A DNA stretch of 64,000 nt, from assembly GCA_027371535.1 (NCBI GenBank), contig DAHXMV010000003.1:8047-72046 (forward strand). The letters are read 5' to 3'. This DNA comes from Candidatus Amesbacteria bacterium. Lineage in GTDB: Bacteria; Patescibacteriota; Microgenomatia; CAZETR01; Amesbacteraceae. Below, piece after piece: positions 46,502 to 56,111 of this stretch; the stretch's first letter is position 1; each line of letters opens with the position of its first letter. Under the pieces are notes generated by a model. It saw nothing but the letters and a program-made list of their open reading frames with translations, was not told where the DNA came from and did no database searches. Both the position numbers and the translations under genes were made by a program.

Positions 46502-47443
46502 TCATACATTTTTAGCGGATAAGAGGGGAACCTGCTCTAAATTGTACTCCAAAGGACCCAGGGGAACCCGATTTTCGGGGTCATCGACAAAAAACAAGAT
46601 AACAGGTCCCCTTTGCCTGCCATCATGGGACTGTAAATAATCCATGACTTCCGGGGAACCGCCAAACTGTTTACCGGTCCATAACGCAGGTCCGGAATCG
46701 GCGATATCAGCGATCATGATTTTTCCATTTTGAGGATTGATAACCGCCACTTTCCGGAATTGATACCAGTCCCGCAGATATTCCAGCCGAGCCTGCCATT
46801 CGGGCAGATAAAGTGTCTGTACAGCTACGTAATATTTCTCCCGGAGAATCAAATCCGGGGTGAGAAGCCTGACACTTGTGGCAAAATAACCCCAGGCACC
46901 CAAACCCGGAGCCATTCCGGATTCGGGGCGAAATCCATGCGACCAGACATTATCGCCCGGGTAACGGGTCAGGTGCTGTTCGGCACCGATATAACCATAG
47001 TCGGTATTTAAACGGTTGCCTTCCAATTCCGGTACCGCATGCAAGCCATATAACTCGTGCAGCAATCCGGTAATCTGGTTTTCTTCACCTGTTAATAGAG
47101 GCCGGATCTCAACCGGTAACAATTCCCGAAGGCGGTTTTTTAGCTCCGACTCCTGGTCTTTGGGAACGGAAGAAGCATGAAGCGAACCGGACGGAAGAAG
47201 AGAAGAACCCGAAGACGACGGATAAGGAGCGAGGATCAGGGTGGTAGCAGTTGCCCCGGCAGCTAACAATTTGGCAGCATGAGCACGGATACTACCGGGC
47301 CGGACTCCGGCTGCTTCCAGCATGGCATAAGCTACCGGGTGATGATTTTTCAAAATATTTTCAGACTGGATGTGTTTTAATTTCAGGCGGGAGCGGAGCA
47401 GAGGAGCATTCAACTCGTAATTAGGTTTGGCAGTACGGGACAT
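46502..47443 (-). CDS. hypothetical protein, possibly 3D/RlpA-like double-psi beta-barrel cell-wall protein
   Basis: C-terminal KVAVINPQNGKIMIADIADSGP...GKQFGGSPEVMDYL resembles RlpA/3D-domain DPBB (V.VTN..NGKSV.VRVNDRGP...DLS). Weak. Confidence 0.35.
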   Translation of the reverse strand: MSRTAKPNYELNAPLLRSRLKLKHIQSENILKNHHPVAYAMLEAAGVRPGSIRAHAAKLLAAGATATTLILAPYPSSSGSSLLPSGSLHASSVPKDQESELKNRLRELLPVEIRPLLTGEENQITGLLHELYGLHAVPELEGNRLNTDYGYIGAEQHLTRYPGDNVWSHGFRPESGMAPGLGAWGYFATSVRLLTPDLILREKYYVAVQTLYLPEWQARLEYLRDWYQFRKVAVINPQNGKIMIADIADSGPALWTGKQFGGSPEVMDYLQSHDGRQRGPVILFFVDDPENRVPLGPLEYNLEQVPLLSAKNV

Positions 47444-47454
47444 ATATTATCAGT

Positions 47455-48816
47455 CTAATTTTTAATTTTTAATTTTAAATTATCAATTGTCTGACGGATT
47501 CTGGTCAAAACCTCATCACGACCTAAAACAACCATAGTGTCGGTGATGGGAGGAGTAAATCGCGAACCACAAACCGCGATTCTCAAAGCCATAAAAAAAT
47601 CACCGACTTTCCTACCGGAAGCTTTAATATTATCGGTCCAACCGGTTTCGATACCCGTTTTGGACCAATCGGTAACGGAAGTCAGATAATCGTAAGCAGA
47701 AGATAAAAGAAGAAGGTCAGCATCCGGAGCAGTGAAGAGCGCCGGATCAAAAACCGGTAAAGAAAAGAAGAAGGAAGTTAGTCTCGGAAAATCTGATAAT
47801 TTTACCAGCCGGTCCTTTATTAACGGAATTATTTGCATAAGTTTTGTGTCCTCAACATCATTTTTCACGTAAGGTTTCACCAGCCGGGTAATTTCTGTGT
47901 CTGATATTTGACGAATATAATGTCCATTGAACCAATCCAGCTTTTCAGTATGAAAAACCGGGTTGGATTTCTGAAAGCCTTTGGGGTCAAAAGCCCGGAC
48001 AAATTCAGATAAGGTGAATAATTCCCGATTATCTTTGGGAGCCCAACCAAGAAGAATGACAAAATTCAATAAAGCATCAGGAAGATAACCGTCATTTAAA
48101 AATGTTTCACAAAAAACGGAGTCTTTGCGCTTGGAAAGCTTTCCGCCTTTGGGAGACTGAATATCGGTCAGATGGCCAATTTCCGGACGGACACCGCCCA
48201 GGTACTGAAAAACCAATAGATGAATGGGGGTGCTGGGCATCCAGTCGTGGCCTCTTATAATATGACTTATCTGCATATCCAAATCGTCAGTCATAGCAGC
48301 TAAATGATAAGTCGGAAAACCATCGCTTTTAAGCAAAGTAGCGTCATAAACCGTATCAGTACTCCAGGAGACATCCTTATCCAGAACAAAATCATGATAT
48401 GAAACGGTTTCATTGTCCGGAATTTTTAATTTGACAGCCCCCGAGATGTAGCCCCGGTCACGGCAAGGGTCACGCAATTGATTTGAGAAGCCTTCTTCTT
48501 TGGCGTTTTTAGCAGCGCACTGACAATAAAAAGCATGACCTGACGAGATTAATTTTTCGGCAGCTTTGGCGTAAATACCTGCGGCTTTTCTTTCAGACTG
48601 GACATAATATTCATCCCAGGAGATGCCAAATTTTTCCAAAGTATTTTTGATGGCTTCGATTCCGCCCTCTACGTAACGTTCCCTATCAGTGTCCTCAATA
48701 CGTAAAATGAATTTTCCCCCAGTGTTTTTGGCCCAGGCGTAAGGGTAAACTGCGGAACGAAGATTTCCGATGTGTAAAAAACCTGTGGGCGAGGGGGCAA
48801 AACGGGTACGGACCAT
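47455..48816 (-). CDS. gltX: glutamyl-tRNA synthetase
   Basis: Class I HIGH (PSPTGFLHIGN) and KMSKS (KLSKR) motifs. 453 aa. Confidence 0.9.
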   Translation of the reverse strand: MVRTRFAPSPTGFLHIGNLRSAVYPYAWAKNTGGKFILRIEDTDRERYVEGGIEAIKNTLEKFGISWDEYYVQSERKAAGIYAKAAEKLISSGHAFYCQCAAKNAKEEGFSNQLRDPCRDRGYISGAVKLKIPDNETVSYHDFVLDKDVSWSTDTVYDATLLKSDGFPTYHLAAMTDDLDMQISHIIRGHDWMPSTPIHLLVFQYLGGVRPEIGHLTDIQSPKGGKLSKRKDSVFCETFLNDGYLPDALLNFVILLGWAPKDNRELFTLSEFVRAFDPKGFQKSNPVFHTEKLDWFNGHYIRQISDTEITRLVKPYVKNDVEDTKLMQIIPLIKDRLVKLSDFPRLTSFFFSLPVFDPALFTAPDADLLLLSSAYDYLTSVTDWSKTGIETGWTDNIKASGRKVGDFFMALRIAVCGSRFTPPITDTMVVLGRDEVLTRIRQTIDNLKLKIKN

Positions 48817-48822
48817 GATAAA

Positions 48823-49920
48823 ATGAATTTTAGCATGGCCACCCTGACTGAAGTAAGCCAGATTTCCAAAAAAATCATCAAGTGGGGAATTATTATGCTG
48901 GTAATCATTTCCCTGATCCCGGGAATATTGGCGATAATAAACAAGGTATATTTGGTCATGAATCCCCCACCTCCGCCACCTCCGACCGTTAAATACGGCA
49001 AATTACCGCCACTGGTTTTTCCACAGGCGGCCCAGACAGCCACACCGGCGTACACTCTGCAAACCATTTCCGGCTCCCTGCCTTCTCTGCCCAATGTTAG
49101 CAAGGTTTATCCCGTCGGAGTAAATAAATCCAGACTTTTGGAACTGCAGAGGATGACCGACAGGGCCAAGATATTCGGAATGATAAATGACCCTATCCAG
49201 CTGAATGATGTGACTTACAGATTTACGAATCCCAGAGCACCGATTGACATGGTTTATAACGTCATCACCGGCGGGATATCATACAGGTATGACTGGACCA
49301 TAGATACGACAATTTATTCCAACTTTAACGTTCCCGATAAGCAGTCTGCTGTCAAGGAAGCCCGGTCGTTTCTTGACAGGATGGGGGTGCTGCCGGCAGA
49401 TCTGGCCAACGGAGACAGTAATGTCATATATCTGGCAGCAACTGCATCGGCTATGGTGCCCGCATTGTCTTCATATGAAGCTAATTTTGTGCGGGTGGAT
49501 TTATTCCGGGCTGAAAAAGACGAAAAAATTCCGGGTGTCGGCCAAACTGTGACGATGAAATTCGTGACTGCCGGAGGAGACACGTCGCCGGTAAACGTGA
49601 TAATTTCGGGAGTTGACGGCGACGGCAGAATTGTCCAGGCGAATTATTATTACTCTCAAATTTTGGGTGACGACTGGGCCACTTATCCTTTGAAATCCGT
49701 TCAAAACGCCTGGAAAGAACTCACTTCCGGAGGCGGTTATATTGCCAAACGGACGGCTCAAACCCAAGTGACAATCCGGCATGTGACAATGGCATATTAT
49801 GAATCCAGCCAGCAACAGGATTTTATTCAGCCGGTATATGTATTTGACGGCGACCAGGGTTTTATGGCCTATGTGTCAGCTATCGACCCGAACTGGATAG
49901 AGACTTCGACGTCCAAGTAA
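48823..49920 (+). CDS. signal-anchored hypothetical extracytoplasmic protein with poly-Pro linker
   Basis: TM IIKWGIIMLVIISLIPGILAI followed by PPPPPPPT. No motif recognised. Confidence 0.45.
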   Translation: MNFSMATLTEVSQISKKIIKWGIIMLVIISLIPGILAIINKVYLVMNPPPPPPPTVKYGKLPPLVFPQAAQTATPAYTLQTISGSLPSLPNVSKVYPVGVNKSRLLELQRMTDRAKIFGMINDPIQLNDVTYRFTNPRAPIDMVYNVITGGISYRYDWTIDTTIYSNFNVPDKQSAVKEARSFLDRMGVLPADLANGDSNVIYLAATASAMVPALSSYEANFVRVDLFRAEKDEKIPGVGQTVTMKFVTAGGDTSPVNVIISGVDGDGRIVQANYYYSQILGDDWATYPLKSVQNAWKELTSGGGYIAKRTAQTQVTIRHVTMAYYESSQQQDFIQPVYVFDGDQGFMAYVSAIDPNWIETSTSK

Positions 49921-50860
49921 AATTTGAATAGATCCAATCTATTATATGAGTGGTATCGGTAAAACGGTCCGTACTGCCTAAAAGGGCAATGATGACTTCG
50001 TGATTATCGCGGTTGACCATAGTAATCAGCGATTCACCGGCCTTGTCGGTAAAACCCGTCTTGACCCCCAAAACTCCTTTGACCCTACCCAGCAATTGAT
50101 TGACATTGGCCAAGGGTTTGGAAACTGAATAATCGGTAGTGGAGATAACTGCATTTTCGGTGGCTACAATTTTTGCCAGATAAGGAAAACCGAGCAGATA
50201 ATCAGCCAGGTGGGCCAGGTCCGAAGCAGAAGAATAATGGCCATCCTGGTCCAAGCCGGTGGGATTTAAAAAATGGGTGTGAGACAGATGAAGCCGGCCT
50301 GCTTTGGCATTCATGGCCAGGATAAAGCCGGTTTTGCCTGTGGGATAGGCATCAGCTAAGTCTTCCGCGGCGTCATTAGCCGACTGAATCAGCAAAGCAT
50401 ATAAAAGATTCCCCACGGTGACTTTTTCGCCCGGCACAAGACCGATATTGGAACCTTCAGGATAAGCAGACTGAATCGTGACCGGCTGGTCCAGCTGATA
50501 ATTTTCATACGCGACGATAGCCGTCATCATTTTTGTGGTGGAAGCAGGATAAATCTGATCATCGGCATTTTTGGAATACATAACGAGACCGGAATTGTGA
50601 TCCATAACAAAAATATTTTTGGCAGACACATTAGGAGGGGGGGTTCCATGATCAACCGGGGCAATCACCGGGGTGGGGACCGGAGAGGGGGTGCCTGCCC
50701 AGGCTTGAACCCGGGATGGGGTGCCGGCAATTACTTTGGACGGTGATTGAAAATAGGAACCGACTTTCCAAATCAGGGAAAAAAATATAATGAGGATTAA
50801 AATACCCCTTAAGAGTGCAAAATAATCCAATTTTAAAATCCAAGATTTGCGGGTGGGCAT
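49880..50860 (-). CDS. D-alanyl-D-alanine carboxypeptidase (peptidase S11, PBP5-like)
   Basis: SxxK ASTTK, SxN SAND, KTG KTGFT. N-terminal anchor. Confidence 0.85.
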   Translation of the reverse strand: MPTRKSWILKLDYFALLRGILILIIFFSLIWKVGSYFQSPSKVIAGTPSRVQAWAGTPSPVPTPVIAPVDHGTPPPNVSAKNIFVMDHNSGLVMYSKNADDQIYPASTTKMMTAIVAYENYQLDQPVTIQSAYPEGSNIGLVPGEKVTVGNLLYALLIQSANDAAEDLADAYPTGKTGFILAMNAKAGRLHLSHTHFLNPTGLDQDGHYSSASDLAHLADYLLGFPYLAKIVATENAVISTTDYSVSKPLANVNQLLGRVKGVLGVKTGFTDKAGESLITMVNRDNHEVIIALLGSTDRFTDTTHIIDWIYSNFTWTSKSLSSSGR

Positions 50861-50878
50861 TTTTTCTTTTGAAGGAGA

Positions 50879-52225
50879 TTATACTCCCGCACGTTGGCGG
50901 GGTTTTTTGAGAGCGGAAAGACGGACATCAACCCGTTCCATATCTCTGGGGAACATAGAAGCTTCACGGATATTAGCTAATTCTAAAATTAACATAGTAA
51001 ATCTCTCCAAACCAAAGGAAAATCCCCCTTCAGGCGGCATGCCATACTTGAAAGCCTGGAGATACATCACGAAATCATCCGGGTTTAATCCCCGGCTTTT
51101 CATAGCTGCCAGCAATTGATCGTAATTATTAATTCTCTGGGAACCGCTTAAAAGCTCCACTCCCCTGAAAATCAAGTCATAGCTTAAAGAATATTCCGGA
51201 TTTTGGGGGTCCGGCATGGTATAGAAAGCCCGTTTTTGGGTGGGATAGTGAGTGATAGTGACAAAATCCGAATGATGAACCTCCCTGGCCCAGCGCCAGA
51301 TTTCCTTTTCGTCTTCCGGCATAAGATCTTTTTCCAGGGTATGATCCACACCTGTCCGTTGTTTGATAATTTCCTGGGCTTCCCGCATTTTCAGGCGCGG
51401 AATTTGGGGCGGAATCCAGGCCGGGGCAATACCAAACCGGGAAAGAATTCCGGCACAATTTTCAGTAACATGTTTGACGGTACGACTCCCCACAAACTCG
51501 AGGGCGTCCATAAGTTCGGTAAAATCTGCATACCCGATCTCGCAGTCCAATTGGGTGCTTTCGGAAAGATGGCGGGTGGTGACCGAAGGCTCCGAACGGT
51601 AAATATGAGCTATGGTGTACACCCGTTCATAAGAGGGTACCAGCATTTGTTTATAGAGTTGGGGGCTTTGGGTCAAAAAGGCTGAATGACCATAATAATT
51701 GACTTTAAATACTTCCGCCCCACCCTCTGTGGCCGAGGCAGAAATGGTGGGAACAACAATTTCAATACAACCCAGTTCCCGGGCGGCCAGACGAAAACCC
51801 TCAAGGACCGCGGCCTGGACCAGAAAAATGTCGCTAATACGGGGGTGTCTGAGAGACAGGGTCCGGTTATCCAGCAAAGTCGGAAGCTGTAACTCCAATA
51901 CCTGCTGACCCATATCGAACGGCAGCTCGGCGGCTTTTTCAATGAGGGTGACATTTTGGGCTTCGATCTCGACCGCACCGGTGGCCAGCCTGGGGTTGAC
52001 CAGTTTCTCCGGGCGGGCTTTGACCAAGCCTGTGATATACACCACGTCCTCCGGGCGGAGGCTGCCGGCCTGATCGCCGGTCATAACCACCTGAATTAAG
52101 CCGGTACGGTCACGCAGGTCGATAAACACAATTTTACCGTGATCCCGCCGGGTATTAACCCAGCCTTTTAAAAGGACTGTTTCACCGATTTTATGGGTAG
52201 TTTCCGAGGATAAAGTGCGGTCCAT
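50879..52225 (-). CDS. aspS: aspartyl-tRNA synthetase, archaeal/short type
   Basis: QSPQLYKQ, RSEPSVTTRHLSE, and class II motif 3 GGFSFGLERF. 448 aa, so lacks the bacterial GAD insertion. Confidence 0.8.
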   Translation of the reverse strand: MDRTLSSETTHKIGETVLLKGWVNTRRDHGKIVFIDLRDRTGLIQVVMTGDQAGSLRPEDVVYITGLVKARPEKLVNPRLATGAVEIEAQNVTLIEKAAELPFDMGQQVLELQLPTLLDNRTLSLRHPRISDIFLVQAAVLEGFRLAARELGCIEIVVPTISASATEGGAEVFKVNYYGHSAFLTQSPQLYKQMLVPSYERVYTIAHIYRSEPSVTTRHLSESTQLDCEIGYADFTELMDALEFVGSRTVKHVTENCAGILSRFGIAPAWIPPQIPRLKMREAQEIIKQRTGVDHTLEKDLMPEDEKEIWRWAREVHHSDFVTITHYPTQKRAFYTMPDPQNPEYSLSYDLIFRGVELLSGSQRINNYDQLLAAMKSRGLNPDDFVMYLQAFKYGMPPEGGFSFGLERFTMLILELANIREASMFPRDMERVDVRLSALKKPRQRAGV

Positions 52226-52229
52226 GATC

Positions 52230-52258
52230 TTGATTTTAGCATGGATCTTGGCTATAAT
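52230..52258 (+). promoter_or_regulatory. consensus sigma70 promoter TTGATT-N17-TATAAT, divergent from aspS
   Basis: TTGATT at 52230-52235, 17-nt spacer, TATAAT at 52253-52258. Drives a structured leader of about 150 nt and three small ORFs. Confidence 0.5.
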
Positions 52259-52393
52259 ATAAGCTCCATGAGAGCTTTAATTACCTCCAATATGCAGCTG
52301 ACCCTGATTCAGGGCGGCCTGCGCATGCTTTGCGTCAAAGCATAAAGGGAGGCAATTTTAGAATTTAAAATTTAAAATTAAAAAAATAGAAGC

Positions 52394-52417
52394 CTCCCCA
52401 AAAAGGAGGTTTTTTTG
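52394..52417 (+). terminator. terminator-like hairpin CCTCC-CCAAAAA-GGAGG + T7 that embeds the Shine-Dalgarno sequence of the 52420 ORF
   Basis: Read directly. The 3' arm AAGGAGG is also the RBS, 10 nt before the GTG start. Could act as an sRNA terminator or attenuator. Confidence 0.4.
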
Positions 52418-52419
52418 TT

Positions 52420-52617
52420 GTGACAAACCAAGAAACCAAAAACCCATTAGGAATACTGCTCAATGTGCCTGATCAAAAAGTCGGCAGGGCCATGGAAAGC
52501 ATGTCTAACAGCGGCAATGAAACCACCAGGCAATTGATCGGGGAAGTCAAGTCACGGTTTGAAACAACCCATGCACCAATCAAACAGATCATTTCAGATT
52601 TATTAAAAGGTAAATAA
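52420..52617 (+). CDS. small hypothetical protein (65 aa)
   Basis: GTG start with a perfect AAGGAGG SD. Followed by a second small ORF of about 55 aa (GTG at 52632, SD AGGGGG) and a third of 68 aa. Confidence 0.35.
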   Translation: MTNQETKNPLGILLNVPDQKVGRAMESMSNSGNETTRQLIGEVKSRFETTHAPIKQIISDLLKGK

Positions 52618-52822
52618 AGGGGGTGAAAATTTGTGGCAGGAAAAGAAGATAAAAGATTTATTCCCAAAGACAGCCCTGAATGGCAGGTAATCGTGCTCCG
52701 GGAAAAAATGGCCAGCCCGGGGGTCTTGGCCATTGTAGCGCTTTGGTTGAAAAATTTAATAAATAAAGATAACAAGGTTCTCAAAATTAGAAAATAGAAC
52801 CGGCATAGTATAATCAAAACCT

Positions 52823-53029
52823 ATGCCGGAAGGAGATAAGAGCCTAAAGAGTCCTACAGCCAAAGAATCAAATGAGTTTACGACCCAGGACATGCTGTTA
52901 ACCGTATACGGGTTAGCTTACCCCGGGTTGGGTGTGGAAGTGGAAAAAATTCCCCAAAAGCGAAAGCTTTTTCAGGTGACTTTGTATGACCAATCGGGAA
53001 ACAGGGTGAGCAGGTTTGAGATGACTTAG
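52823..53029 (+). CDS. small hypothetical protein (68 aa)
   Basis: ORF with upstream GGAGA. No homology recognised. Confidence 0.3.
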   Translation: MPEGDKSLKSPTAKESNEFTTQDMLLTVYGLAYPGLGVEVEKIPQKRKLFQVTLYDQSGNRVSRFEMT

Positions 53030-53031
53030 GG

Positions 53032-54513
53032 TCAGGAGACTTTTTTGGAAATTTCACGGCGGGCGGTGGCGGTAACAATAAAATCCAACCAGTGGGGATT
53101 GGGGATTTTACGCTTACGGTCCAACAAAATTTCCACCACATCGCCGTTTTGGAGCTTTTCGTCCAACTGGACCATTTTACCGTTGACCCGGGCTCCGGCA
53201 GTCTCGGGACCCAAACCGGTATGGACGGCATAAGCAAAATCGACAGGGGTGCTGCCGGCCGGCAAGTCATAAACATCACCGTTTGGGGAAAATACCAGCA
53301 AACGGTGCTGCAGGGCGTCAAATTTTAAGGATTTCAAGTATTCATCGTTGTCTTTGATGTCCTGCTGCCAAACAGCCAACTGCCTGATCCAATCCAATTT
53401 GCCTTTGGGAGCAAAAGTGCCTTCTTTTTCCAGGACTTTATCCGACAGCCCCCGGTCTTTGGCGGCAGAATATTGCCAGTGGGCAGCGATACCCATTTCT
53501 GCCTGATGATGCATCTCCTCCGTCCTAATCTGGAGCTCGACTATCCGCCCCTGCGGGCCAAAAACCTTGGTATGCAATGACTGATAACCGTTGGGCTTGG
53601 GGGTGGCGATAAAATCGGAGATACCCAGATACGGCACAGGGTGAAATTTTTCATGAATCAACCCCAAAGCCGCATAACATTCGGTCTTGGTACTGACAAT
53701 AATCCGGGCGGCAAACAGGTCGTGAATTTTACCCAAGTCGCCGGAGATTTCCGGACGCTGGAGCTTTTTAAACAGGCTGTACAGGTGTTTCTGGCGGGTA
53801 TTGATAACCGCGCCGGGAATGACTGGTTTGATTAAAGCCAGCAGTTCGCGTCTGAATTTATCAATATATTCGGAACCGGAAGCAATGAGGGGTTTGATAT
53901 AACGTTTCAGTTGGGCCGCCTCTTCGGGATAGACATAAGGGAAAGCCAGATCTTCCAGCTCGCCTTTGATTTCCCCCATCCCCAACCTCTCAGCCAGCGG
54001 GGCGTAAATTTCCAGAGTCTCGCGGGCATTTTCAAGCTGCTTTTCGGGAGACAAAACCCAAAGCGTCTGCAAATTATGCAGCCGGTCGGCCAGCTTAACC
54101 AGAATGACACGCAGGTCCCTGGCCATCACCAGGAGCATTTTGCGGAGATTTTCCACAAATTCCTCCTGGGTACTGCCTTTTAAACGGATGCCGGTAATTT
54201 TGGTGACCCCATCGACAATCCGGGCGACTTCCCCGCCGAAATTTTTGACCAATTCATCCTGCGTAACCGGGGTGTCCTCTACCACATCATGCAATAAACC
54301 GGCGATAATCGTGGCCGTATCCATATTCCACCGGCTTAAAGTAACAGCCACGGCCGTGGGGTGGGTAATGTAGGGCGGGCCGGAAAGCCGTTTTTGGCCG
54401 GCATGAGCTGCGGCGGCAAAATTCCAGGCGGCGGTAATTTTTTCCACATCTACCGAACGGGAATCGGATTTTAAAGCTGCCAACAGATCGTTTAAGTCAG
54501 ATTCGTGTTTCAT
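53032..54513 (-). CDS. Rel/SpoT-homolog (p)ppGpp synthetase/hydrolase, short form
   Basis: HD hydrolase motif HDVVEDT, synthetase core (...YQSLHTKV...), TGS-like C-terminus. 493 aa, so lacks the long C-terminal regulatory region. Confidence 0.85.
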   Translation of the reverse strand: MKHESDLNDLLAALKSDSRSVDVEKITAAWNFAAAAHAGQKRLSGPPYITHPTAVAVTLSRWNMDTATIIAGLLHDVVEDTPVTQDELVKNFGGEVARIVDGVTKITGIRLKGSTQEEFVENLRKMLLVMARDLRVILVKLADRLHNLQTLWVLSPEKQLENARETLEIYAPLAERLGMGEIKGELEDLAFPYVYPEEAAQLKRYIKPLIASGSEYIDKFRRELLALIKPVIPGAVINTRQKHLYSLFKKLQRPEISGDLGKIHDLFAARIIVSTKTECYAALGLIHEKFHPVPYLGISDFIATPKPNGYQSLHTKVFGPQGRIVELQIRTEEMHHQAEMGIAAHWQYSAAKDRGLSDKVLEKEGTFAPKGKLDWIRQLAVWQQDIKDNDEYLKSLKFDALQHRLLVFSPNGDVYDLPAGSTPVDFAYAVHTGLGPETAGARVNGKMVQLDEKLQNGDVVEILLDRKRKIPNPHWLDFIVTATARREISKKVS

Positions 54514-56111
54514 ACAGCAGATTTTAGTTCCCGGATGATAAGTTGCAAGTTGGTCCGGCCGTTCCAGGTGTGGGAGTCCAGCTGATAAGTCAAATCAGCG
54601 GCGGTTAAATCGTTTTCCAACCCAGCCGGAGCATTAAAATAAATTGCTTCCAGACCGGAAGCATTAAACCTGAGGTGGCGGGCTCCCGTGCCGATGCGTC
54701 TGGCGAAATTTACCGGCATGCCGAAAGACATTAATACAGGCCTGGGGTTTCCCAAACCAAAAGGGGCAAAATCAGACAGTCTAAGATATAAATCGAGCCC
54801 CAAAAGCTCCGCGGGTATTTGAGCATCGATACGCTGATTTCTGACTAAAACCCGGTCCGGAACCGCAGTCCGGCTAATTTCAATAATCCGGGATTTTAAC
54901 TCGTTTAGTTTGGCGGTGGGGACAGAAAACCCAGCCGCCATACTGTGACCGCCGACGGAAGTTAAAATGTCAGGAAATTGCCGCAGAAATTCGGTGATAT
55001 GAAAACCGGTTACTGATCTGGCTGAAGCCTTACTGACCTCGGCGCCGACACTGACAGCGATAGCCGGACGATAATATTTTTCCACAAGCTTTGAAGCAAT
55101 CAGACCGACGATGCCTTCATCATATTGGGAGTCGGCAACCATAAGAATTCCCGGCAAATTCAAGGGGTCAAATTGGGCCAGGGCGTGATCGGCGGATTTT
55201 TGAGTAAGTTCCTGGCGATGACGATTGGTGTCAGCCAATAATTTGGCTAAATCCGCGGCTTTTTGAGAGTCAGTAGTACACAGCAGACGCAGACTGTCCA
55301 AAGCATGCCCCAGACGTCCCATGGCATTTAGCCGGGGGCCGATGACAAAACCCACTTCATATGCGCCGATTCCACCAGGGCTGAGGCCGGCTTCGGAAAA
55401 CAGGGCTAACAGACCGGGCCTGGCGGTGGCATTTAACTGAGACAGGCCCCATTTGGCCAGACTGCGGTTGATCCCCAACAGCGGCACCAGGTCGCAAATA
55501 ACGGAGATGGCAGCAAATGTTAATAACTCTGATTCATGATTTAAGAATGATGATTCACGATTTTTGAGAAATTCGCGGATAAAGAACCAGGAAATACCGG
55601 CAGCACTGGTTTGGGTGGTGTGCAAGATAGCATCCGCCCGGGGAATTTCGGAGCCGGCTTCGTGGTGGTCGATGATAATTATCTGACAACCGCGGCTGTG
55701 GCAATAATCTACCGCCTTACCAGCCACAATACCGCTGTCGACCACGATAATCAGGCGGGCGCCTTTTTCCAGACAACGGTCGATACCGGTTTTAGTCAGG
55801 CCATAACCTTCTTCACGGCGGTGGGGAATATAAGGAAAAACAGATTTGGTAAAGCCATACAGAGTTTCCCAAATAATGGCCGTGGAACAGATACCGTCTA
55901 CGTCGTAATCACCGTAAATAGCAATTGAGTTATTAGTTGTCAGTTGTTGGTTGATAACAGAGATAGCAGAAGAAACGGCGGATTCAGAAAGACCGACAAC
56001 GGAAAGAGGAATATCCAGAGGATTCGGGGGGTGGAAAAATGCTTCGACCAGCCCGGGGCTATCCAGCCCGCGATTTTTGAGCAGGATTGAGATTAATTCA
56101 TCGGCGGTCAT
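54510..56111 (-). CDS. recJ: single-stranded-DNA-specific exonuclease RecJ
   Basis: DHH family motifs GDYDVDGICSTAI and IIIDHHEAG, plus a DHHA1 C-terminal region. Confidence 0.85.
   Translation of the reverse strand: MTADELISILLKNRGLDSPGLVEAFFHPPNPLDIPLSVVGLSESAVSSAISVINQQLTTNNSIAIYGDYDVDGICSTAIIWETLYGFTKSVFPYIPHRREEGYGLTKTGIDRCLEKGARLIIVVDSGIVAGKAVDYCHSRGCQIIIIDHHEAGSEIPRADAILHTTQTSAAGISWFFIREFLKNRESSFLNHESELLTFAAISVICDLVPLLGINRSLAKWGLSQLNATARPGLLALFSEAGLSPGGIGAYEVGFVIGPRLNAMGRLGHALDSLRLLCTTDSQKAADLAKLLADTNRHRQELTQKSADHALAQFDPLNLPGILMVADSQYDEGIVGLIASKLVEKYYRPAIAVSVGAEVSKASARSVTGFHITEFLRQFPDILTSVGGHSMAAGFSVPTAKLNELKSRIIEISRTAVPDRVLVRNQRIDAQIPAELLGLDLYLRLSDFAPFGLGNPRPVLMSFGMPVNFARRIGTGARHLRFNASGLEAIYFNAPAGLENDLTAADLTYQLDSHTWNGRTNLQLIIRELKSAV

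Noticed and set aside
53032-54513. Rel/SpoT as a truncated pseudogene
   Set aside because: At 493 aa it is short, but the HD, synthetase and TGS-like regions are contiguous and in frame. Short Rel homologs are plausible in reduced genomes.
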